64,000 nucleotides of DNA from Nitrospirota bacterium (GTDB taxonomy: Bacteria > Nitrospirota > JACRHJ01), in contig CAVTDB010000026.1 in NCBI GenBank assembly GCA_963733375.1, positions 352,001-416,000 on the forward strand, read 5' to 3'. The stretch's first letter is position 1. Each line of letters starts with the position of its first letter. The position numbers were made by a program, and so were the translations under genes. The notes beneath the pieces are model-generated. The model was not told where the DNA came from and did not search any database. It saw only the letters and a list, made by a program, of their open reading frames with translations. Of this stretch, positions 22,072 to 35,191 are shown piece after piece.

Positions 22072-22992
22072 TTAATGACTGGAAGGCGCAATCTTCTCTA
22101 AGATAATCCTTAAGCATTTATTTCGACCCAACATGGTTTTTAAATTCAAAATGGGTTTGGCATTCTGGTTTTTAATGAAATGGTTTAAATCCGAGCCCAA
22201 AAGAATTTCTTTTGACCAATAATGCAGTGAAGCAATTTCATTTTTAATTCTGGTAATTTCATTTTGAGCCAATTGCCGCTCTTGTTTTTTTTGTTCGTAC
22301 TCGGGATGATCCGACCTTAATTTGTGCATCACGGTGTTCGAGCCGTCCATCCGAATTTTATAGATGCAGGTAACATCGGGGCAGGTAGCCGGTTCAAAAT
22401 AAAAACCAAGCTTAAGCAGAAAGGCATAATCTTCGTACATTTTCATTGATTGCGAAAATGATAACAGGGATTTATCATTAATTTTAGATCTATCTATAAG
22501 CAGCGTATTAATGGGGATATAATTATTGTTCCATAATTTTAAATATGAAAATTTTTTATGTTTAAACTTATGCTCTTTCTCAATTATATATCCATCCCTC
22601 TCTATATCTATGCAAACTTGCGAATATGCCCAGGTTCTACCGGTTTCTGATATTGTTTTTACAAGTTTGGCTAAATGGTTTGGATAAATAACGTCGTCAT
22701 CATCCAGAAAACAGATATACCTGCCGCCCGAATTCTCGATGCCGATATTTAAGTTTTTACCCCTTTCGTCTTTATCGGTCGGATTCTGTATTATCTTGAA
22801 CTCCAGCCCGGGATAGATATTTTTAAAATATTTCAGTTTATTGAAATATTCCGTATCCGTCCCCTGATAAACGAGGACAATCTGTTTATGTTCATAACTG
22901 TTGCAGAAAATACTGAAGATTGAACGCTCCAGGTAATCGAACCTGCCATCAATGGTCCGGAGTATAATGGAGACGGTTTTATTTTCATTCAT
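22072..22992 (-). CDS. GT2 glycosyltransferase
   Basis: VSIILRT, NLNIG, FLDDDD, YEDY motifs; very AT-rich. Confidence 0.85.
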   Translation of the reverse strand: MNENKTVSIILRTIDGRFDYLERSIFSIFCNSYEHKQIVLVYQGTDTEYFNKLKYFKNIYPGLEFKIIQNPTDKDERGKNLNIGIENSGGRYICFLDDDDVIYPNHLAKLVKTISETGRTWAYSQVCIDIERDGYIIEKEHKFKHKKFSYLKLWNNNYIPINTLLIDRSKINDKSLLSFSQSMKMYEDYAFLLKLGFYFEPATCPDVTCIYKIRMDGSNTVMHKLRSDHPEYEQKKQERQLAQNEITRIKNEIASLHYWSKEILLGSDLNHFIKNQNAKPILNLKTMLGRNKCLRIILEKIAPSSH

Positions 22993-22998
22993 ATCGTT

Positions 22999-23858
22999 TT
23001 ACCATCTGACGGCGCTGAAATAAAATTCCGTTTTAAAGTCCATGAATTTCCGCGCCTTAAATTGCTTGTGCTCGTCCGTTTTAGCCTTAATTTCCCGGTC
23101 AAGTCCGCTAATCTCTTCCCTGGTTAGAAGCTTACGCAATTTTTTTAGAGAGAAAGTTTTAAAATCCGAACTCTTATACTTGCATCCAAGCTTATAAGCC
23201 GAGGTGAGCATATGCTTCCTGACGTCTCTTGCGGCTTCGTCCACGAAATGAAAGAACAGCGCGTCCTGGACCGTGTAACAGTCATAGCCCAGAAGCTTGG
23301 TCCTCCACGAGATATCGACGTCTTCCATGTACATGAAGAAAAATTCATCGAAGCCGCTCAGTCTTTCAAAAACAGCTTTTGGGAACATAAGGCAGCATCC
23401 GGAACACCAGGCCGTTTGGCCTGTCGCCGGATCGTATAACTTGGGATGCTCGACCGGGAACTGTCTTGCCTCAAAAATCCCGTGGTCGTCTTTTTTTTCG
23501 CGAAGGAGACCATTTCGTTCAGCATGTTCCCGTGCGGTATCCCGTCCGGGTTTGCGCAGAGGTAATAATCGAAATCTCCATCCTGTTTCGCTTTAGCGAA
23601 AATCTTATTGTGCCCGGCGCCGAAACCGATGTTGGGTGAGCTTATTAAGGATATTCTGTCTATAAAATCAGGATCGAGATTCTTCTTCAGCGTGCTTTCT
23701 ATTTCTTCTATCTGGCGACCCTCGTCGTTATCTAAAAGGACTATGTTTAAATCAAAATCATCACCGATAGAAACCGTCTGTTGCGAGAACATCGCAAGGT
23801 TCTTGAGCAGCAGGTCGAGGTCGTTCCGGTATATTACGATCCCAACGATTATTTTCAT
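22999..23858 (-). CDS. GT2 glycosyltransferase (rhamnosyltransferase-like), frameshift near 23490
   Basis: NIGFGAGHN, ANPDG, GFDEFFFMYMEDVDISWR motifs. Confidence 0.8.
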
Positions 23859-23864
23859 TCATCC

Positions 23865-24731
23865 TCAGATTGTATAACCAAATTTTTGAAAAACAGCTTC
23901 ATCTTTTTTTAGAATGCTCAGCATTTCATCGTCAAGCCAGTTGGCCCAATCTCCAATTTTGCCTTTCCTGAAAGTAACCGAATTTTTATTAAAAGACTTG
24001 AGTGCTATTTCTTTCAATTTGCTTTCGTCAAAGGAGAGTCCAAGATGCCCTGAAATATGCCCTAAAGTTTCGGATTGTTTTTCGTCGCTTCCTCCACCTT
24101 GGCTTCCAACTAAGTCTTCAAATTTTATCATCAGGCACGAGCTCTCATTTAGCCATGGCATGAATATATTATAAATTTCGGCGATGCTACGCATCCTTTC
24201 CGGGACGCCGTTTATGCAGGCGATAAAGCGCTCGCGTTCGCTCAGGCCGGTAAAATGAGCGTGCAATGCAGCTTCGGGTTTTTTAAGTAAATAAAAAGCT
24301 TTTGATACCGCTACATCCCTCGGGTCCCGCACAATCAGGATGTGGGAAAATTTATTTTTCCTTAAAAGTTTGTCGAAGTCCTCATCAAAGCTTTTGTGGC
24401 CAACCACATATCGCCCCTTTTTCAAAGACTTCATCTTTTGCTCAATTTCTTCCATCGTCAACAGACGATGGGAGGGGACGTTATTGATTTCAGGATGGTT
24501 GATCTGCCCCGCATGCTTGAAACCCATATTATTGATGACCTTGGCTAATAAATGCGTCCCTGATTTCGGGATGCTGTTCACTAAAAGCTTTGGATAAAAA
24601 TTGTTTCGATAAAGTGAATGTATCGTTTTTTTAACTGGATAAACCAGGCTCCTCTTGAGGGATATTTCCAGCTTCTTTAACGGACCCGTCCCCGGCAGCG
24701 GTGTTTCTTTCATATCATGGACGCCTTTCAT
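23865..24731 (-). CDS. sulfotransferase-domain protein
   Basis: NSIPKSGTHLL (PAPS-binding loop), RDPRDVAVS, KFEDL, TFRKGKIGDW motifs. Confidence 0.85.
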   Translation of the reverse strand: MKGVHDMKETPLPGTGPLKKLEISLKRSLVYPVKKTIHSLYRNNFYPKLLVNSIPKSGTHLLAKVINNMGFKHAGQINHPEINNVPSHRLLTMEEIEQKMKSLKKGRYVVGHKSFDEDFDKLLRKNKFSHILIVRDPRDVAVSKAFYLLKKPEAALHAHFTGLSERERFIACINGVPERMRSIAEIYNIFMPWLNESSCLMIKFEDLVGSQGGGSDEKQSETLGHISGHLGLSFDESKLKEIALKSFNKNSVTFRKGKIGDWANWLDDEMLSILKKDEAVFQKFGYTI

Positions 24732-24736
24732 CCGAC

Positions 24737-26500
24737 TCAGATGGTATAACCAAATTTTTTAAAGATAGCTTCATCCTTTTTTAAAATGCTCAGCATTTCA
24801 TCATCCAGCCAGTTAGCCCAATCTCCAATCTGACCTTTACGAAAGGTTAGAGACTGTACATTGAAAGATTTAAATGCTGTTTTTTTAAATTCGCTTTCTT
24901 TAAGTGATGTCCCGATATGCTTTATAATACTCCTCAACGCTTCTAATTGCTTGTTATCGCTTCCGCCGCCGCGAATTCCAATTAAATCTTCGAATTTTAC
25001 TATCATACAGCCTTCTTCATCCTGCCATGGCAGAAATTTTTCATATATTTCCGCGACGCTTGAAATCGCGTACTGTTCTTTGCTGTTAATTTCATCCTTT
25101 ATGCCTTTTATGGCGGCAATAAAACGCTCTCTATGGCTCAAGCGGTTATAATATGAAAAAAGCGAATGTGACGGTGTTTTCGTTATATAAAAAGCTTTGG
25201 ATACCACAACATCTCTTGGATCGCGCACAATTAAAAACTGAGAAACCCCATGCTTTTTAATTTGACTGTTAAACTCTTTGTCATAATGCCTGTGGCCTAC
25301 TATATATTCCTTTTTTTTGAGAGAATTTAATTTGTTTTCAGTCTCTTCCAACGTCATCCAGGGACGTATTTCACCGCTGGGAGTAATCTTAAAACCCAGA
25401 TTCAGGAATATCTGGGCTAATAAATGTGTGCCGGATTTAGGTATGCTGTTGCAGAATATTTTTGGAGAAGGATCCAATAGGTTTTTTATCGGATGAACAA
25501 TTTTTATCCTGATGTTTTTCTCCAGTTTCTTCAATGATGGCATGTATATTAACCGTGACTCGTATTTCGCTATAGCGCGTTCCTTTTCCGCTATGGCGAG
25601 CTTTTTTTCCGCTATGGCGCGTTCTCTTTCCGTTATTAATTCTATTACATCCTTGTTATAAAAAATTTTGTCATTCAGGTCAAAGAAGCGATTCCTGATA
25701 TTGTCAATCTCGGACAGTTCCTCGCCGCTGGCCGCCTCTTTGCCCACAAGACCTTTCAATAGTTCGTAATATTTTAAGATATCCTCTGACAGGACTTTGT
25801 TTACAGAGGCAGGGTCCTGGTTATGATGTTTCAGCCCGGAGTCCAGGAACTGCGAAATCTCTTCTCCGCAGTCTTCATAACTTTTGGGGAACTTGATATT
25901 TAATGTCCGTGAGATGCCGTTTATGGTATTTGCGGTGTCCTTCAGAAGGCCGTCATAGGTTATGAATACACGGGGATATTTTCTGCTGTGTAATTCTGCG
26001 TCGAGCATGTATGTCATCCACAGCAGCAGCGATTTCTCCAGGGTAAACCCGTCTCTGGTTTTTAATGAATTAGCTATTTCCAACGGGTTTCTGAGAGGGA
26101 TGATAAAGAAAGGCTTAACCCCAAGCTCTTCAAATACTTCGGACCATAACGGAAGCAGCCTGCACAGGCGGGGGTCTTTGATGCTGGTTATTCCGGAATC
26201 TTCAAAATTGGTTTTTATTACCGCTGATATTTCTTTTCTGTATTCATTGATGCCGCTTCTCTTCCACCAATTTTCCGGTAAGGCATATAAACTATCCCAT
26301 GAAGAGAGCAGGCCGCTGAATATTCTGTCATTCAGATTGACTATATCGAGGAGTTCAAAAAAACCTTTTTGATTATCGAAGCTCGGCTTGATAAAACCTG
26401 AGCCTCCCGTGCCGATTTCTACACTAAAAGCATTTAAAACCCCCATCAGGGCCGACGTCCCGCTTCTGTGCATCCCTAAAACTATTAAACATTTTTTCAT
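24737..26500 (-). CDS. double sulfotransferase-like protein (N-terminal GMHRSGTS domain, coiled coil, C-terminal sulfotransferase domain)
   Basis: LGMHRSGTS, KDPR and RNPLE..SL in the N-terminal half; NSIPKSGTHLL, RDPRD and FRKGQIGDW in the C-terminal half. Confidence 0.85.
   Translation of the reverse strand: MKKCLIVLGMHRSGTSALMGVLNAFSVEIGTGGSGFIKPSFDNQKGFFELLDIVNLNDRIFSGLLSSWDSLYALPENWWKRSGINEYRKEISAVIKTNFEDSGITSIKDPRLCRLLPLWSEVFEELGVKPFFIIPLRNPLEIANSLKTRDGFTLEKSLLLWMTYMLDAELHSRKYPRVFITYDGLLKDTANTINGISRTLNIKFPKSYEDCGEEISQFLDSGLKHHNQDPASVNKVLSEDILKYYELLKGLVGKEAASGEELSEIDNIRNRFFDLNDKIFYNKDVIELITERERAIAEKKLAIAEKERAIAKYESRLIYMPSLKKLEKNIRIKIVHPIKNLLDPSPKIFCNSIPKSGTHLLAQIFLNLGFKITPSGEIRPWMTLEETENKLNSLKKKEYIVGHRHYDKEFNSQIKKHGVSQFLIVRDPRDVVVSKAFYITKTPSHSLFSYYNRLSHRERFIAAIKGIKDEINSKEQYAISSVAEIYEKFLPWQDEEGCMIVKFEDLIGIRGGGSDNKQLEALRSIIKHIGTSLKESEFKKTAFKSFNVQSLTFRKGQIGDWANWLDDEMLSILKKDEAIFKKFGYTI
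25568..25630. repeat. 3 x 21-bp tandem repeat encoding heptads (ERERAIA/EKKLAIA/EKERAIA)
   Basis: cgctatagcgcgttccttttc / cgctatggcgagctttttttc / cgctatggcgcgttctctttc. Confidence 0.85.
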
Positions 26501-26628
26501 TAAATCAATTCCGATGCCGGTTTTTCGCTTCTGGCGCGCCCTTATTTTACCAAAATAGAGCGGTAAATAATAGCATAATTTTTAATTATATTAAAGGCAT
26601 AATTCAATACCGCCACGGCAGAGAAACC

Positions 26629-26657
26629 TTGACAATCAAGGCGAAATGGAGTAACAA
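26629..26657 (+). promoter_or_regulatory. possible sigma70 promoter restarting the + strand operon after the antisense island
   Basis: Perfect TTGACA, 17-bp spacer, weak -10 (TAACAA), just upstream of ATG 26666. Confidence 0.3.
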
Positions 26658-26665
26658 CTTCCGGC

Positions 26666-27772
26666 ATGAATGAAAAATTCCGCATACTTCATACCGAAGC
26701 CTCCATAGGCTGGGGAGGCCAGGAGATACGCATCTTAAGCGAGATGCTGGGGATGAAGGGGAGGGGGCATGAACTCGCCCTGGCCGCGCCGGTCCATTCC
26801 AAAATTTATAACAGGGCGTCCGCCGCCGGGATAAAGGTATTCGGCATAAATTTCGACAAGCAGGGCCTTCTGGTTACCGCGCCCGCGCTCGTGAGAGTTA
26901 TAAAATCTGAGAAAGTCCAGCTTTTAAACACGCACAGTTCCCGGGACAGCTGGTCCGGGGGCATAGCGGGAAGGCTCGCCGGCATAAAGATCATCCGTAC
27001 CAGGCATATTTCCTCAAAATTAAAATCCGGCCCGTTTACCAAGCTCATCTACGGCCCATTGAACGACGCCGTAGTCACTACCGGCAATTTTATCAAGGAA
27101 CAGCTTGTCCGGGAGATCGGCCTCTCCCCCCGGAAAATATTTTCAATACCCACGGGGATAGACGTTGCCGTCTTTGCGGATGCGGACGGTGAAAAAGTGC
27201 GCCGGGAGTTCGGCATAGGCGAAGGAGAGCCGGTAATCGGGATCGCCGCGGCGCTTCGGAGCTGGAAGGGACATGTATATATCCTGCGCGCGATGCCGGA
27301 GGTGCTCCGGCGTTTCCCGAAGGCGAGGCTTTTAATCGCGGGCGAGGGGGATATGGCCCCCGGGCTGGACGCTCTGTCCAAACGGCTGAAAATACGGGAA
27401 TCGGTAATCCTTGCGGGGCACAGGGAGGACGTTCCGGAAATAATAGCCGCATTCGACGTTTCCGTGATGGCCTCATACGCATCGGAGGGTATCCCTCAGT
27501 TCGCCCTGCAGTCGATGGCGGCCGGTAAACCCCTGGTCGGCACAGCCGTCGGCGGCATACCGGAAGTGGTGAGGGACGGGGTCAACGGCTATATCGTGCC
27601 TCCCAAGGACTCCGGAGCGCTCGCGGATGCGATATTGAAGCTTCTGTCGGACCCGGATAAGGCGCGCGGGATGGGTCTTCTCGGGCAAAAGATGGCGCTG
27701 GAAGGCCACACGAAGGAGAGGATGCTGGACGATATGGAGGCACTATACCGGAAGGCGCTGGGATGCGAATAG
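26666..27772 (+). CDS. GT4 glycosyltransferase (LPS core)
   Basis: HTEASIGWGGQEIR, THSSRDSW, RTRH, SEGIPQ, VGGIPE motifs. Confidence 0.88.
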   Translation: MNEKFRILHTEASIGWGGQEIRILSEMLGMKGRGHELALAAPVHSKIYNRASAAGIKVFGINFDKQGLLVTAPALVRVIKSEKVQLLNTHSSRDSWSGGIAGRLAGIKIIRTRHISSKLKSGPFTKLIYGPLNDAVVTTGNFIKEQLVREIGLSPRKIFSIPTGIDVAVFADADGEKVRREFGIGEGEPVIGIAAALRSWKGHVYILRAMPEVLRRFPKARLLIAGEGDMAPGLDALSKRLKIRESVILAGHREDVPEIIAAFDVSVMASYASEGIPQFALQSMAAGKPLVGTAVGGIPEVVRDGVNGYIVPPKDSGALADAILKLLSDPDKARGMGLLGQKMALEGHTKERMLDDMEALYRKALGCE

Positions 27773-28884
27773 CTATCGCGTCCATCCGCTTCGACAGAAA
27801 AGGCGGGAGCGAGAGGCGCACGTGGAATCTGGCCAGGGGACTCGTGGAGGCCGGGTCATGACGTCTCCATATTTGCGGCAGACGTGGAGGACGCCGGATT
27901 TCGATGCGGAGGTAAATATTAGTCACGGTTATGGCGGGGCCTTCTTTTTTGAAGGTGTCGAGCTTCAGAAACAACCTCCTGCGGATGCTCTCCGGCAGGA
28001 ACGACATAGACCTGGTGCATAACCAGATAAGGCCGTTCACCGACGGGGTGGTAACGGTCGGCGGCGGATGCCATGCCGAGTACCTGGAAAGGATGGGACA
28101 ACGTTTCGCTTTCCTGAACCCGCTGCACCGGGTCATCCTGAAGATGGAAAAGGAGCGTTACCGGCCGGGCGGCTGCAAAGCGGTCATAACCAACTCCGAA
28201 TTCTCCAAAAATGGTCTTCTCAGGCACTATCCTATCCCGCCGGAGAAGGTTTTCGTGGCGTATAACGGTGTTGACCTTATGAAATTCAACCCGGTCAATA
28301 TCAGGCTGAAAAGGCATGAGGCCCGGCAAAAATATGGTTTTAACGACGAGCCGGTCGCGCTTTTCATAGGGGCCGGGTTTAGAAGGAAGGGGCTCCAGAC
28401 GGCCATCAAGGCGCTGTGGTACGCGAAGGATATGGAGGGCAGTATCAGCGATTTGAAGCTGCTGGTGGCGGGAAAAGACGACCCGAAGCCCTTCCTCAAG
28501 CTGGCGGGAAAACTGGGAGTAGCCGACAGGCTGGTTTTTACCGGCCATGTGAAGGACCCTGAATCTCTTTACGGCGCGTCGGATATTTATGTCCTGCCGA
28601 CCAGGTACGACCCGTTTTCCAACTCCTGCCTGGAGGCCATGGCGTCCGGCCTGCCAGTAATAACCACCTCCCAGAACGGCGTGGCGGAGGTTATGGAAGA
28701 CGGGGTAGACGGCTTCGTGCTGAACGACCCGGAGGATGCGGCGGGGCTTGCGGCTGCGCTTCAGTACCTCTCATGCGAAAAGGCGCGGGAAGAAACGGGC
28801 AAAAAGGCCAGAGAAAAGGCGGAAAACTTCACCTGGGAAAAAACTCTCCACAAGACGCTTGAGGTTTACGAGAAAGTAATATAA
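27763..28884 (+). CDS. GT4 glycosyltransferase, WaaG-like (frameshift near 27870)
   Basis: MRIAI..GGSER start; YNGVD, RKGL, PTRYDPFSNSCLEAMASGLP motifs. Confidence 0.82.
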
Positions 28885-28922
28885 AATAACATATTTTATC
28901 ATGCCCCTCGGGAGAGAACTTT

Positions 28923-29910
28923 TTGGACAAAAAAAGCCTTCTTGGACACCTGGAGCGGTTTAAATCGGCTGATATCCTGGTCGTCGGCGATATCATACTC
29001 GACCAGTTCGTATGGGGCAAGGTGTCTCGAATCTCGCCCGAGGCGCCTGTCCCGGTCGTGGAAATAAACCATGAATCCATAATGCTTGGCGGCGCGGCCA
29101 ACGTCCTTAGCAACATAGTATCTCTTGGCGGCAATGCGAGGATCTGCGGCGACCGTCGGCAGCGACGAGATGGGCCGCAGGGTAATCCATGAGCTGCGGC
29201 TTAAAAAGATAGATACGGACGGAATAATCGTGGATAACTGCCGCCCCACTACCGTAAAGACGCGGGTAATAGCGCACAGCCAGCAGGTAGTCCGGTTCGA
29301 CCGCGAGAGCAAGGGCGACATTGCCTGCGCCTCGGAGGATATAATCCTGGACTACCTGAAAGCCCGCCATCATTCCTTCTCCGGGATCATCATATCCGAT
29401 TACGCCAAGGGAGTCGTCACGAAGAAGCTTGTCGCGGGTATCGTGAAGATAGCCAAAGAGAGGAAAATACCCGTCGCGGTAGACCCGAAGGTGGGACATT
29501 TCGATTACTATAAAAACGTGACGGTGGTGACGCCGAATAATCTAGAGGCATCGCAGGCGGCGGGGTTCGAGATAACCGACGAAATTTCTCTTGCCGCCGC
29601 CGGAAAAAAACTCATCGAAAAGCTAAAGAGCGAGGCGGTGCTCATCACCCGCGGCGAGCATGGGATGAGCCTCTTCCGAAACGGCGGAAAAGCGGTGCAC
29701 ATACCGACCGTGGCCAAGGAAGTATACGACGTTACCGGCGCCGGGGATACCGTCATTGCGGTATTGATGCTGGCCCTGTCGACGGGCGCGGACATGCACG
29801 AAGCGGCAGTGATTGCCAACCATGCGGCGGGCATAGTCGTGGGCGAAGTGGGGACGGCGACAGTGAAACCGGAGCAGCTGAAAAAGACGATAAAGCAGGC
29901 GGTGATATGA
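28923..29910 (+). CDS. rfaE1: D-glycero-beta-D-manno-heptose-7-phosphate kinase (RfaE domain I), frameshift near 29140
   Basis: VSRISPEAPVPVV, GGAANV, SDYAKG, DVTGAGDTV motifs. Confidence 0.92.
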
Positions 29911-30859
29911 AGATACTTGTTACGGGCGGCGCGGGCTTCATCGGGTCTACCGTCTCGGAAAAGCTCCTTGCGCGCGGTGACGAGGTAGTAGTCATCGACT
30001 GTTTCGACGAGTTCTACGACCCCCGCATAAAGAGGAACAACATTCAAACGGCCCTCAAAAACCAGTCGTATAAACTGGTCGAGGGCGATATACGGGACCT
30101 GGAACTGCTGAAGACGCTTTTTAAAAGGGAAAAATTTGACCGGGTATTCCATCTTGCGGCGCGGGCGGGAGTGCGGCCGTCTATTATCGACCCGCTCCTG
30201 TACGAGGACGTGAATTTCCGGGGCACCATGAACCTGCTGGAGGCGGCAAAGGAGAACAACCTGCCGGGCTTTATCTTCGCCTCGTCTTCGTCCGTCTATG
30301 GAACCAATAAAAAGGTACCTTTTTCCGAAACTGACAACGTCGACAATCCCGTGTCTCCCTATGCGGCTACAAAAAAAGCCTGCGAGCTTATATGCCACAC
30401 GTACCATTACCTCTATAACCTTAATATTTCATGCCTCCGGTTCTTCACCGTCTACGGACCGCGGCAGAGGCCGGAGATGGCCATACACAAGTTCACCCGT
30501 CTCATCGACCAGGGGAAACCTGTCCCCATGTTCGGAGACGGCATCTCCCGCAGGGACTACACATATATAGACGACATCGCCGACGGCGTGCTGAAGGCGA
30601 TAGATCATAACGCGGAATTTGAAATATTTAATATCGGCGAATCACGGACTACGGAACTGAGAAGGCTGATCGAACTCATAGAGAACAGCCTCGGCAAGAA
30701 GGCGGATATAGAGCAGCTTCCGGACCAGCCGGGCGACGTCCAGGTCACTTACGCCGACATTACCAAATCGAAAAAGATACTCGGATACGACCCCCGGACC
30801 CAGGTAGAGGAGGGCGTGCGGAAATTCGTCGAATGGTACATCTTAAACAGGGAGGCCCT

Positions 30860-30863
<4 letters not shown>
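29907..30863 (+). CDS. NAD-dependent epimerase, UDP-glucuronate 4-epimerase-like
   Basis: [45 protein letters not shown] motifs. Confidence 0.85.
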
Positions 30864-33257
<2,394 letters not shown>

Positions 33258-33265
33258 GCAAAGTC

Positions 33266-33398
33266 GTTACTTTTCTTTCTGTCTTCGCTATCGCTCTGGA
33301 CAGGTAAATCATCTCGAGAAAGAAAAGTAACACAAAAGAAAGCTGGACTTTAAAACAGTCTAAAAATTTTTGGCGTTACCTTTTTACAAAAAGGTAAC
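33266..33398. repeat. two related GTTAC...GTAAC inverted repeats in the pyrG-kdsA spacer
   Basis: Perfect 15-bp IR gttacttttctttct (33266-33280) / agaaagaaaagtaac (33317-33331), and perfect 11-bp hairpin gttaccttttt-ac-aaaaaggtaac (33375-33398). Confidence 0.8.
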
Positions 33399-33411
33399 AG
33401 GTTTATAGGTT

Positions 33412-34235
33412 ATGACTAAAGAAATCAAAATAGGCAACATTAAAATAGGCGGCGGCAATCCGCTCGTGCTGATCGCCGGGCCGTGCGTAATAGAGTCCGA
33501 GACGAAGCTCGATGGACGCCGCCGAGCAGATAGTCAGGGCGGCTGAGAAGCTCCGCGTGCCTCTGGTTTTTAAGTCGTCATTCGACAAGGCGAATAGGTC
33601 TTCATCCTCGTCTTATAGAGGCCCAGGCTTAGCGGACGGTTTAAAATTACTTGCGAAGGTGAAGGAGACGTTCAAGGTCCCGGTGATTTCCGACATCCAT
33701 CTCCCGGAGCAGGCGGCGCCCGCGGCGGAAGTATTGGACGCGCTCCAGATACCGGCGTTCCTCTGCCGGCAGACGGACATCCTCCAGGCGGCGGCGACGT
33801 ACGGGCAAGCCCGTGAACGTGAAGAAGGGCCAGTTCATGTCCCCCTGGGAGATGAAGAACGTAATAAATAAAATAAAAGAGGCCGGCTCGGACGATATCA
33901 TCCTAACCGAGCGCGGCACGTCATTCGGCTATAATAATCTCGTCGTTGATTTCCGTTCGATGGTCGTGATGCGGGAGATGGGCTATCCGGTGATATTCGA
34001 CGCCACGCACAGCGTCCAGTTCCCGGGCGGCGGCGGGGATAAAAGCTCAGGCGACAGGCAGTTCGTCGCGCCCCTTGCGCGCGCGGCGGCGGCGGTCGGC
34101 ATCGACGGCATCTTCATGGAAGTCCATCCATGCCCGGACGAGGCGCTCTGCGACGGCCCGAATATGGTGGATATTGCAGGGATGGTCGAAATCGTAAAAA
34201 AGGCGTTCGCGGTCCGGGAGGCCGCAGAGGCATAA
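33412..34235 (+). CDS. kdsA: KDO8P synthase (two frameshifts)
   Basis: [48 protein letters not shown] motifs. Confidence 0.95.
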
Positions 34236-35191
34236 TGCTTAACGGCGCAAAAAAAGTCCTGAGAATTGAGGCCGAGGCGATACTTGCGCTTATCGACAAG
34301 ATAAACGGCGAGTTCGCCAAGGCGATGGAGATAATCCTGTCCTGCAAGGGCCGGGTCGTCGTCACCGGCATGGGGAAGTCCGGCCTCATCGGGAAGAAGA
34401 TAGCCGCGACTCTTGCGTCAACCGGCACGCCTGCGCTTTTCCTGCACCCCGCCGAGGGAATACACGGCGACCTCGGGATGGTGATGAAGGGGGACGTGAT
34501 AATCGCCATATCCAACTCCGGCGAGACGGAGGAGATTGTCAAGCTGCTCCCGGTATTTAAAAGGTTAATGGTCCCCGTAATAGCAATGACCGGCGGGATG
34601 AAGTCAGCCCTTGCAAAGGCCGCCGAAGTCACGATAGACGTAGGCGTAGCCGAGGAGGCGTGTCCGATGGGCCTGGCGCCGACCGCTTCCACGACCGCGA
34701 CTCTTGCGATGGGAGACGCGATGGCCATTACGTTACTTGAGAAACGCGGCTTTAAGGAAGAGGATTTTGCCTGCTTCCACCCGGGCGGAAGCCTGGGTAA
34801 GAAGCTTCTTCTCAGGGTAGAGGACGTGATGCATAGCGGGGCCGACGTGCCGGTGGTGAAGGCGGATACCTCCATGCGCGAGGCCCTTTTTGAGATAACG
34901 TCCAAGAAGATGGGCATCACGACGGTCGTTGACGGCGAAGGGAAGTTAGTTGGCGTCATAACGGACGGGGACCTCCGGCGCTATTTAGAGAAGTCAGATG
35001 ATCTGTTCTCTAAAAATGCGGGAGAACTGGCGCACGGGAACCCGAAGATGATAAGCCGTGACGCCCTGGCGGCAGAGGCCGTGGCGGTCATGGAAAAATA
35101 TTCAATAACCTCGCTTCTATGCGTTGACGGCGAGGGGAGGCCTGAGGGGATAATCCATCTGCACGATCTACTGAAGGCGGGGGTAGTGTAA
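34235..35191 (+). CDS. kdsD: arabinose-5-phosphate isomerase (KpsF/GutQ; SIS plus CBS domains)
   Basis: GMGKSG, HGDLG, APTASTT, HPGGSLG, HLHDLL motifs; ATG overlaps the kdsA stop. Confidence 0.95.
   Translation: MLNGAKKVLRIEAEAILALIDKINGEFAKAMEIILSCKGRVVVTGMGKSGLIGKKIAATLASTGTPALFLHPAEGIHGDLGMVMKGDVIIAISNSGETEEIVKLLPVFKRLMVPVIAMTGGMKSALAKAAEVTIDVGVAEEACPMGLAPTASTTATLAMGDAMAITLLEKRGFKEEDFACFHPGGSLGKKLLLRVEDVMHSGADVPVVKADTSMREALFEITSKKMGITTVVDGEGKLVGVITDGDLRRYLEKSDDLFSKNAGELAHGNPKMISRDALAAEAVAVMEKYSITSLLCVDGEGRPEGIIHLHDLLKAGVV

Noticed and set aside
25568-25630. CRISPR-like array
   Set aside because: Contiguous 21-bp coding repeats without spacers; no cas genes in the window.
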